A stretch of 58,350 nucleotides of DNA, counting the filler, from Sphacelaria rigidula (taxonomy: Eukaryota): NCBI GenBank assembly GCA_964200075.2. It is 8 parts of 8 records of this genome, joined end to end, with 100 filler letters (N's around TTAATTAATTAA, not from the genome) between each part and the next. Parts side by side here need not be neighbours in the genome. Positions count along the whole stretch, not along the records: positions 1 to 7,207 come from CAXNAA020015967.1; positions 7,308 to 14,514 come from CAXNAA020015968.1; 6 more parts are not named here. One strand, written 5' to 3'. Shown here in pieces: positions 1-9,972 of this stretch (position 1 is its first letter; each line of letters starts with the position of its first letter). Both the position numbers and the translations under genes were made by a program. The notes below the pieces were generated by a model. That model was given only the letters and a program-made list of their open reading frames with translations, was not told the origin of the DNA and did not search any database.

Positions 1-29
1 TCACGGGCGGCGAGTGGAATGTCGATGTC

Positions 30-640
30 ATGGATGCTGATTCGTTGCGTGACAAGGTTCGAGGCGTGGTTGACGAGCAAGTGCGGTTTTGTAACGAAGT
101 GCAAGCTGCTGTCGCGGTGTCTCGCGAAACCAAACGCAAGCTTGCTCAGGGCCGGGCTTTGTTGCCCAAGTTTGCAGTTGGAGATTTCGTATTGATGCCC
201 GTGTTCGTAGGCAAGGTGTGACGCCAAAGTTGATGTCCACGTGGACAGGTCCGTGGCGAGTGGTCGAAGCCGATCACGCTCACGTGTATTCGGTGCAGAA
301 CACTGTTTCTGACGCCGTGCACTCGGCCCATGTCGCTCGTTTTCGTTTCTATGCTGACTCGCAGTTGCACATCACTGCGGAACTTGAAGATGTGTTTCAG
401 CATTCGTATGCTCAAGGTGAAAGTCGGATGAATGCTTTGATACACGTTGCTGGGGATGATAATGGTGATGTCATTGTTTGGGTCGTTTGGGAAGGATTTG
501 GTGCGGAAGAACGTACGTGGGAGTCTCTTCGCAAAAATTATTCTTCTGCGCCTGAATTTGTTTCGAAGGAACTGCGTAAAATGCGGTTGACTCGGGCGCT
601 GACCAGTAAACTAGCGTCGGAGTATGGTATTTCTTTGTGA
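30..640 (+). mobile_element. Ty3/Gypsy (chromovirus-like) pol 3' end: integrase C-terminus plus chromodomain, frameshifted
   Basis: FAVGDFVL (ORF 30-221) is followed by PKLMSTWTGPWRVV (GPY/F-type motif), HVARFRFY and chromodomain-like VWVVWEGFGAEERTWE (ORF 218-640). The frame changes near 200-220. Confidence 0.85.
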
Positions 641-692
641 TGTGGCCCATGCGATTTCGTCTTGGTTCTTGTCTTGAACTCGCTTTGGGGGG

Positions 693-1119
693 TGCTGCAG
701 CCAAATGATACCAAGCCGTAGCTTTCTGTATAATCGCATGCATCATTGGAGCAGTCGCAGGGGACAGGGGAATCTGGATTGATGACCCTCATCTGTGTGG
801 CCCCTTGCTGTTTAGCTCTTGATGTGGTCTGTTGAGGCTCATTCTGTGATAATAACAAGTGCGAAGAAAGGACTTGTCGGGCACGAGGCCAGTGCTACTA
901 GAGGAGTCCGTTGTGAATAGTCCTCGTGTCCAAATCGTCTGGCAGAGGCTAAAGTACGAAGTATATCTTCATTTCGAAAATAGAAGCAGCTTTCTATCGA
1001 GTATACACCAATCGCGTGTGGGAGAGTGTTTGTATATATGATGTGTATCTCTATGAATGAATCCCACTCTTAGAATCATTAGTTGTCTTTCGATCGATGA
1101 TACTGCGTGGTGTTCAACA
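693..1119 (+). mobile_element. 3' LTR of the Gypsy element (end approximate)
   Basis: A G-run polypurine tract (687-692) is directly followed by TGCTGCAG at 693. Candidate end GTTCAACA at 1119 is a partial inverted match. Confidence 0.55.
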
Positions 1120-1509
1120 CCACCCACATTTCATCATTGTTTTCACGGCAAGCGAAAGGTGACCATAAAAACTATCAAAACCGTGACATCGTTGTTTATC
1201 GTGTTGCGTTGGCGTTTGCATATATTGAAAAATTGTACCCACCGAAAACGTTAGACGCCTGGCTCGCGCAGTATAGCAAGTCAAATACGTTGTACATTGC
1301 ACGTATTCCATACAGGCTGAACACGCTGGTTCAGAATCGATCTAAAGTAATCCCACAACAACAGCAGTTGTTGGGGGAAATGCCCACACGATATCCCCAA
1401 CTCCATCACAAGCTCGCAACGCCCCCCCCGCTTCTCCACGCTCAGAATGCCACCCTAAACCCTGCCACCCTTCCCTCGCTGCCAACCCCGTTCACCTCCA
1501 CATACGCAG

Positions 1510-1810
1510 GTACAACGAACATCTCGGCAATGTATGCACCTGCCCTTCCAACCTGGGCACCAGCCTCCGCGCATCCATGATGCTCAAGCTCCCCAAGCTC
1601 CAAAAAGCGTGGGGTGTGCACAAGCTCGAAAAGTACTGTGACTCCCTCGGTATTGATGTCCGCGGGGCCAAGGGCGGGCACTCACCGCCTGGTCCCAATG
1701 GGGAGTTCGATATCTCGAACAAGGCACGCATTGGCTACTCCGAGGCGGAGCTGGTGGAACAGATGGTTGATGGTGTCGACCAGCTCATCAAGCTCGAGGA
1801 GAGCCTTTAG
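1510..1810 (+). CDS. Last exon of a phosphagen kinase (ATP:guanido phosphotransferase family)
   Basis: Acceptor cgcAG at 1508-1509. Translation [30 protein letters not shown]...[12 protein letters not shown]...[34 protein letters not shown] carries the CPSNLGT active-site signature and the DISNxxRxGxSE motif. Confidence 0.95.
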
Positions 1811-1961
1811 ATATACAACACAAATAGTCAGCATCAAAAGTCTGCGGAATTCGTAATTTCTTAGTTACTTAGAGATTTTGCAAATTTATTTTGCTTGCCA
1901 CCGCCCGTGACAGTTAATGTTGGATGCCAAACGATGTGGATATGACGATATTATAATCCTC

Positions 1962-3339
1962 CGTCATGAGGCTATGAGGCGTTTATGATCAAATCCAGGA
2001 CCTTGAAGTTGAGGGTCGATCAAGCTTGACTATGTCAGACGTGCGTTCGATAAGAGGGAATAGGTGACATCCTTAGCTACCCACCAACTACCCTCACCGA
2101 GTCACTTGCGACCTGGAGCTTAGCAACAGCAACTATAGTCCCTCGGTGAGCGACGTGAAAGAGCATTGAACAGAGCGATAACGAATACGAATGGCAAGAG
2201 TTTTTAAGATCAAGTGGATATCAACCTGCATTTTTGTGAAGGTATCTAGGGGTATCTTCCTTCGGGCACGATTTACGAGCTAGGTTGTGCTGACTGTTGG
2301 ATCGCTCGATCCATCTACACAAACCGAGGGCTGCTACCCTGAAGCACGCCTGAGAATTGATAACCTCGTCACATTCAGCATCGACCGTAGGATTACTTGA
2401 GGACTACTGGAGACGTCGGCCACTGGAGTCTTTCGTACTCTCGCTCTTGATTTGTATGACTGGCGCTGGACCCCTTACAGTCTTTGAGCTGCCGATTCCT
2501 TTGCTTTCCTCAGCCACCAAACGCTGGCTGCATGTGCTTGAACTTTTGGCGGCTATTTGGGGTCAACCACGGAGACATTGTGCCCCTGGTATGTCTTCCA
2601 TTTTGCCTCTTTACATTGACTAGCGCGTCGAAGCATTTTTGAGCTCTTCCGTTTGAGTTCGCTAGCCCACAGCAGAATTGTGTGCTCCTGCGTCTTCAAG
2701 CGCACTTGCGCTTTTAGAAGCATATTCTGCTTCCCTTGTTTGAGATGCGGGAGGATCGGGCAACGAGGTGGATGTTGCCCTCCTGGTCTGGAGTGTATTG
2801 TTTTTCGGCCACCACGGCCGCGTGCTTTTATAGCACTTGAGTTCGCTTTCCTTGCCGTTCATGACTTGAAGTTGAGAAAAACCTCGATTTTCGTTGCTTT
2901 TCGAGATTTCCCATCGAAAGTGTATCAGAGGTTCGTCTGGACGGGCGAGTGTCATGAGTCTATGAGGCGTTTAAGATGAAGTTCAGGACTTTAAAGTTGC
3001 GAGTCTGATCAAGCTTGACTACAATAGGACATAGGTGACATTACAGGTCAGTCGTGAGTTCGATTATATGACATAGATGACATTCTTAGCTACCCACCAA
3101 ACTACCCTCACCGGGTCACTTGCGACGTGAAAGAGCATTGGACAGAGCGATAACGAGAAGGAGTGAACAAGAGTCTTTAGGATCAAGTGGATATCAACCT
3201 GCATTTGTGTGAAGGTGTCTTGAGGTATCGGACACAATTTACGAGCTCAGTTGTGCTGGCTGTTGGATCGCTCGATCCATCTGCACAAACCGTGGGCTGC
3301 TACCCCGAAGCACGCCTGAGAGTTGGTGACCTCATCACA
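1962..3339 (+). mobile_element. Non-autonomous mini LTR retroelement (TRIM-like)
   Basis: Direct repeats at 1962-2373 and 2950-3339 have (T/C)GTCATGAG...CTC(G/A)TCACA termini. Purine-rich GGGACGGGCGAG precedes the 3' copy, and CCTC flanks both sides (1958-1961, 3340-3343). Confidence 0.75.
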
Positions 3340-3722
3340 CCTCTTGACAAATATCGAAAGAAGAAAAATGCAATCAATCAATGAATAAAATAATCCATTC
3401 AAGATTATTTGAGGATGGGTGGTTGGATAATTGGTTGGGATTGTTTCCTTTTCTGAACAAGGCGTAGACAATTTATTGAGTGGCTTACGGGCTTGACCGA
3501 TCTTCGGGGTCCTGCGGAAGTGGAACCCTAGGTTCTAGCTTTTTGGTATTTCCGGTGGACCGACTCGATCCCGATCATGTATATCAATAGATGAAAATGA
3601 TTTTTTTTTGAAATTCCACCTATTCACTGTGCTTGGGCCGGAAAACTATGTTTCTTGGATCATTTACGGTCAATGACACCCTCTTGATAAACGTGATCCT
3701 TACTCCGTAGTAGACCCACAAC

Positions 3723-3972
3723 GAGTCATCCTACGATAGGGAGGGGGGTATTTTGGGCCACTTCTTGTAGAAATTCCAAGTCGAATCGTCGTTGAAAGGA
3801 GAAACTGTTGCTCGAACGAGCCTGTTATAGACATATAACGCTCGTTCATACTGATTGGCACCGTCTTGAACCAAATACAAGCGCACCGCGAGTGTGGCAG
3901 GTCGTCTGACACACTTTCGAGCCTACTTTTTCGTGCAATCAAATACCCCCCCCGCCTATCGTAGGATGACTC
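3723..3972. mobile_element. 250-bp MITE, Sola-like
   Basis: About 31-bp TIRs GAGTCATCCTACGATAGG..GGGGTATTT (3723-3753 and 3941-3972), with a 4-bp duplication CAAC on both sides and GAG...CTC ends. Confidence 0.8.
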
Positions 3973-4599
3973 CAACGACGTCACACAAGACAGCATAAAG
4001 TCGTTGGCCCACTTTTGCAGAGGCCTCATGGCACCGAAGCCCCATTCATGTCTTTCAGTGTATCCACCCGTCCTACGACACGCGTTTGTTGTATCGGCAT
4101 TGGTGGGTGATGGAAGACGATTTGTTTTCATTCCCTCTTGGAACACAATAATACCTTTGAGTCTGGTTAAACCCTAGACCGGGAGGGCAGTCCACCTGGG
4201 TCATGCATACCTTTTTCAAGCGAAAATTGATGACGGTTGAGCAGGTGACCAACGTCGCGGTCAAACGTTTAATATCATAGAACATTGATCCTAGAAAATG
4301 GGGTTCATACAAAAATAAGGTTGAAGTGGCATTTCTCTTTCACAGGGAAGAGACGCGAAACACTTACGACCGAGCGAAGCCATCTTCCCCCCCAAATGTC
4401 TGCAGCAGTTAAGCAGCTGTGGCTGGGTGCACCTAGCGAATGCGGTGTACACGCGTGTCGATGACGATGTCACCAGAGAGAGAAGCAACGATAGAGAGGA
4501 AGCTCCTCGCTCGTGTCCTTCGTGTGTCCTCGCTCGGCGATTACCAATCGCTCGAAAATCTGGCATCATCGATGTTATTACACCAGCATGTGCCATTTT

Positions 4600-5285
4600 T
4601 TTCATGTGCCAGAATATCGACGTGCGGAGAGATTCCGTCTCTTCTTGCCTGTCGAGTTCACGAACGCGAAGATCGATTTCTCTCTGCGTCTCCTTTTGGA
4701 CAGGACGCGCCTCTGTGCGCCGAGAAACATGTCGTTAAAAAGTAGGTCAATGTTCCCGTCACCGCTACTACTGTTCTCTGTCACACACATGCCAGCAAGG
4801 GCGGTGCTGCGGCAATAACAGATAGGTCCAATATGAACTTGGGGGGTGTTATTCATCGTTGATTTTGGCCGACCTCCCCCTAACAGCGCGCCCGAGTAGA
4901 AGGGCGTGCCACACGCCAGTTGAGGGGGGTGTATGAGAGATCAAACACTTGTAGAGACCTTTTTGACATGCGGAGTGAAAAAAGATACCTATGGTGGTGA
5001 CCTCACTGTTGCTAGCGTGGTGCAGAGGGGTGCGTCCATGTTGGAATCTGGAGCACACGCTGGTCACGCGAACAGCTCGGTACAGTACGAGTAGCTTCCC
5101 ATAATTACTGATTGTTCCGATGTCAGGAGGTCATGGATTATTACAACTTGGGAGGAGAGACGAGAATGCTCTACGATCAACCGCATGTCGTTGCATTCGA
5201 GACCCACGCCATCAACCGCCGTCAGCAAGGGTCTTGTGGCTTTCACGCGACGCTGTCGGCAGTACGGCAGGCAAACCGGATCATA
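4600..5285. repeat. Dispersed repeat, copy 1 (degenerate TE or gene remnant)
   Basis: Colinear similarity to about 51320-51993, e.g. MLYDQPHVVAFETHAINRR versus MLYDQPLVLAFDTHAITRR. Confidence 0.75.
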
Positions 5286-6227
5286 GCTACCTTTCGTTAC
5301 TCCACCTCACGCACTCCCGTCTGCTCAGAGTTGGTCACGGTAACATGCACCGAAGTCGCAACATCTGTGAACGCTAGAGAGTTTGATTTTTATGAACTGC
5401 ATCCACACAATTCAAACGGCTCTCAAAACCCGAGGGAAGGTGGCCACTTCGGGTCCAGTTAAACATGCGAAGATACCATCGAACAGCAATACTAAACGTT
5501 TCTGGGATCGGCATCAGGCAGTCCTTGAAGAACAGAACAGGAATCGACAAGTTACCGTTCGTATTAGAAAACAATGCGCATGGAACGCTTTGCAGGTTGG
5601 GAAACACGGATTTCGATGGGAAAAACCTCCTCCGGGCCCCATTTGTGTTGTATCCGCCTGTAAAAAATATTTCCTCGTTTATCGATACCTGGCTGGGGGA
5701 CAAGGAGGCCGTTTCTTCCGGTTCGTTTTTTCCCCTCGTTATTTGCAAATGATGAGGAAAAAATGCATGATGCCTAATTACGGTTCGTTTTTTCACCAGA
5801 TTCTCGGGGAAAAAATACAACACAAGGGAAATTTTAAATCTTACTAGATGGGCTCTGCTGGGTTGTATTTTTTGAGAAAATAAGAGAGGAGATCAACTTG
5901 TATTTTCCTCTCGTTTTTTTATTTGCGGCGCGGCGAGACTACAACGCCCGCCAGCCCTGAATATGGTTGTGCCCTTTGACATCTGCGGGGGATCTCCTGA
6001 CAGTAATGTCGAACATCCCCAGCGCCGTTTACACACTAGACCACACTTTGCTTCGCCATCCCGGCGCACGCGAGACGTCGTCAGGGGCTGATGATCCATT
6101 GGCATCGACCGTTCTCTCGAAAACTTGCAGCACATACAGTACCCAGCGCAGAGATTACAGGATACTGTTTTCTGTGCTGTCTCATTCAGTGAGTTGTAGG
6201 TGTCAGCTTGCACACAACAGTAGCACG

Positions 6228-6690
6228 CACGGCTGTAGTAAAAATGATGCGTACAGCGTGAGATATGTGGACAACGTGCAATACACAACAGCAGGCAGTA
6301 ACGTACTGTCTGTACTGCCGATTCAACAGTTGGATCCACATGCCATGCTGCACAACGGCTGCCAAAAATGATTTGGACGACGTGCAATGCAGACAGTACG
6401 TGGGTTGTACAGCCGCATTCAACAATAGTACAGTAAGATGGAAATGTTAATCTTAGTTTGCTAGTAGTACCACGGCTGTACTAATTATGATGTGGGCAAC
6501 GTGCAGTACAGACAGAACTAAGCAGTACAATACCGCCCGTTCTGCCTGCAGCATACGGCAGTATACATGCGCACATGTCAGGTTGGAGACGGTAATATGC
6601 AACGGCTGCACTACAATTCATGTGGAGGAGTGCAGTACAGACAGTACTACTAGACAGTACAGTACTTTTGTCTGTACTGCCGCATACGTG
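6228..6690 (+). repeat. Degenerate tandem repeat, 4 units of about 120-130 bp
   Basis: The motif CACGGCTG..ATGATGTGGAC(A/G)ACGTGCA..ACAG recurs at about 6228, 6353, 6471 and 6600. Confidence 0.65.
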
Positions 6691-7207
6691 ATATGACAGT
6701 ATAGATTGAAGATGTCAGTTTGCACACAACAGTGCGAGCTGGGCCAGCAGCGATCGGGGGAGGTCTACGTTTTACGTCTTTTTACACAAACACAGGGAGC
6801 TTGGCATGGCAAAATCTTCAGGTCTTTGTACCTCGCCTTGGCCTGCACATCCCTTCGATTTCTGCTGTCCGTCCTTATGGTATCTTCCCACCCTTTTGGT
6901 ACCCACCCCCCTCAAAATTATATTTGCAACCGCAATAAGCTAGCAGGGTCAACATTTCTCACAGTGTTTTCCTAGCGGGATTTTTTCCTCATAACTTGTT
7001 GCAAAAAACGAGGGGGAAAAACGAACCGGAAGAAACCAAAGACTAAAAGATACTTTATACAGGCTGGTTCACGGTGATCACCCAAAATTATGTCATCAGC
7101 AAATGCCTTCCGCAATATGCACCCAATAGTCGCATATATGGTATCATACTGACCGCAATGAAGAGACGAAGAGGGTGACATAGCCGGCTTTTCGTTTAAG
7201 GCTGTAG

Positions 7208-7307
7208 NNNNNNNNNNNNNNNNNNNNNNNNNNNNNNNNNNNNNNNNNNNNTTAATTAATTAANNNNNNNNNNNNNNNNNNNNNNNNNNNNNNNNNNNNN
7301 NNNNNNN
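7208..7307. other. Artificial contig linker N44-TTAATTAATTAA-N44 (also 14515-14614, 21821-21920, 29127-29226, 36433-36532, 43739-43838, 51045-51144)
   Basis: Identical 100-nt linker with stops in all six frames, recurring every 7306-7307 nt. Confidence 0.97.
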
Positions 7308-7505
7308 TGCTTCATGCTGTGGTATTGACACTTCCAGAGACAGCCACAGCTTTTACACTGCCTCATGGGTGTCTGACCAGCGAGGAACGAAGGGGAGGAC
7401 GGGACAGAAGACAACACTCTCCTGAACTGTACTGTTCAACATCGTGCTGAATTGTCCTGTGCTGGACTGAGCCTCGTTCGGCTTTGCCCATTTCTATACG
7501 GCCAC

Positions 7506-8299
7506 CTCAAGGGAGACTAATCCATTGTGCATTGGCATAATTTTGACTTTAAACATGAATGCCAGACCTAGGGGATCCTCCGTAGATGCGCATGGGTTCA
7601 ACGCTTTTCGAAGATTTCGTTTAATCTGATGAGTTATGGTGCCCATCGAAGAAGGGAAGGAAGGCAGCAGGGGGATAGATAAGACAACACTGCACTGTAC
7701 TGTCTGTACCACACAGCTTTCGTGCTGCATTGTACTGCTGTTGTACTTTTTGAAATTGGCTTTGTCTATAGTCACCCCTAGGGTCGGCATCTGCATCGTA
7801 ATAATATTCACTTGAAAAATGAATCATCAGTACGCCCATGATGAATGCACCTGCGGCAGAGTGTGTGATCTGCGCAGAAGGCCTTCCGGGGTTTCCTTGG
7901 AACCGACCGGACGAATCCTTTGTTTCTGACTGGCTAGCTTGATTGGCCATCAGGAAGAGCCAGGACACTTTTGGGGGGCAATTCCCGATATGTTTTGTGA
8001 GCGATTCGCATCCCTAACTGTACTCCCGTGTCGTGAACATCCATGTAAGGTAAGGTACTGTTTAGCTATTTAAAAGACTCTTGCTCCATCGTATTATATT
8101 ACAAGCATTTTCTACTGCTGAATATTGACTGAACCTCACGTGCATCAGGAGACCCGAGTTCCCCAGTGCCTTCGAAGCGCTCGATGAGTGCTTGGACCGT
8201 CACTCCCTCAATGCCGAGGTCGTTCTCTATCGCCTCGAGAGCTTGCGACTCCTTCCCGTCGTTGAGGTTCTTGTAGTAGTGGAACAAGATCAGACGCGC
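7506..8299 (-). CDS. Three in-phase exons (8299-8135, 8013-7747, 7625-7506) of an unidentified protein, possibly a decaying gene or intron-containing transposase
   Basis: AG/GT-bounded phase-0 segments join in frame: ARLILFHYYKNLND...PDARE | GCESLTKHIGNCPPK...QSQFQK | IKRNLRKALNP...VSLE. Confidence 0.5.
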
Positions 8300-8347
8300 C
8301 TGGTGGCGTATGGCGCGGCCGATAGGGGAGAGGAGGGGGGGAGGGGT

Positions 8348-8379
<32 letters not shown>

Positions 8380-8999
8380 TGTTGTTGTTGTTGTCTTCAC
8401 ATTAAAAACAGCTCCAATATCTACGCGGTAAATTTGCACTGGGCATTTGATGCGGACGCTTTCGGTGGTAACACAGGCTAGCTACCTATAAGAAGGTATG
8501 CGGAAATCAAACAAAACAAAAAACGACCCAAACCCCCCCCCACAAATGCTATACAAGCCAAAACAGAATGAAATGATGAAGAAGAAAGAGAATAAATATG
8601 GCTGATGACGTCAAAAGATCCGGTGCCACAGGTGGCCATTCGGACTTCAGGGGGTGGCGCCCGACTTTCGACCTCGACGCGCGAGGCCAAGTAGAAATGA
8701 ACATAGGGCCCGACTGCGGGCGAAGCTCAAGGCCCGAAGACCACCAAACAAAGAACTCAGAATCGCAAGGTTCTAGCCTTCGACCTCTCGAGGGACAGCC
8801 ATCCGTACAAGCATACCAGGTGAATCAAGACAAGCACCGCATGACGTAACGACACCCCTCATCTGGGGGCTACTCATGCTTATGCATGCCGTAGTCATGA
8901 GGCTTTGGGGGGGAGGGGGGGGCGAGAGGAGGGGGGGGAGGCCAGTACAGGAGTTTAATTTGGGCTTGAATGACGGGCTCAGTGGAGTCTTGTGCCATG

Positions 9000-9446
9000 T
9001 ATCGTGTCCGCGGCGCCAAGGCCCGATTTTCTTCCCTTCAGGTTATCATTGTGACAATTGGGCACACACTTTGAGGTCAAAGGCTGCGCTCGATTCTGAC
9101 GTCAGCTGTCGCGTCAACGTCCAGAAGACGTCGGGTGTCCCGGCCCGTCGATCGCCACTTTTACCCCACCAATTGCCTTCTCTGACACGTAACTCCTGTA
9201 TCTGCTATTTCAGCGGATCGATGACCTCGACAAGTCAGCACTTACGCCCTCTTCGCCCACACGCTCGCCGTCGTTTCTCTTCAGAGTCTCGATCTTTTGC
9301 CGCAACTTCCTCCTCTCTTTGTTCCTGTTCTCGAGAAATCTCCGGACCAGGATTAGGTGCCGCTTGTCGTCTTTTTTCTTCTTCGACGCGGCCGCTCCCA
9401 ATTTTTGCATGGCCTTAACGTGCCTCCTTTGCTTCGCGGAAGTCAT
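9000..9446 (-). pseudogene. Probable degenerate 5' part of the same unit (basic N-terminus)
   Basis: MTSAKQRRHVKAMQKLGAAASKKKK... looks coding but is broken by a frameshift and stops near 9210. Confidence 0.3.
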
Positions 9447-9924
9447 TGAAGATCCTGAGGGGTGTGTGGGATCCGCGGAAGGTAGGGTTAGTGGGGAGAT
9501 GGGTGGGTGGCGGGCGTATGGCGGAACGCACAATTCAGTATGGTAGTGGAGGACGGGATGGAGTCGGTTTTTCACGGCCCGAGTCGATATTTTTAGTCTG
9601 AACGCTCGGCTTGTGCCCGGGGACAGGTTTCCCGCGGGAATGGTGGCCCAGTGGGTGCGGAGAGGATGGCGGGGGGCGGCTAGTTAATGATCCACATATG
9701 AGGTAGACGGTACACAACACAGAGATGGTAATCACCGTCATGAGGGGTGCGTTCGTTCGCGTGTACGGTGCACTGCCGATGCTGTGCAGAGGGATAGGGC
9801 GGGCGGGGGGGGGGGGGGGGGGGGGGGGTGTTGATTTTGGGGGGTCCGGGCAAGGCGCCCGTGCGGTTACGGCCGGGGCGGGCAGTATTTGGGGTGTGGG
9901 GGNNNNNNNNNNGGTGTGTGGGCT

Positions 9925-9972
<48 letters not shown>

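Noticed and set aside
4990..5050. Ankyrin-like GRTPLHHAS on the minus strand
   Set aside because: It is a single short motif, needs a frameshift to continue and is not preserved in frame in the second copy.
7252..7263. Regularly spaced TTAATTAATTAA motif as a biological repeat
   Set aside because: It always sits in the middle of N-runs and is an assembly linker with six-frame stops.
7625..7660. Hammerhead ribozyme core (CTGATGAG)
   Set aside because: There is no GAAA at the right position after a convincing stem, and it overlaps a predicted splice acceptor on the other strand.
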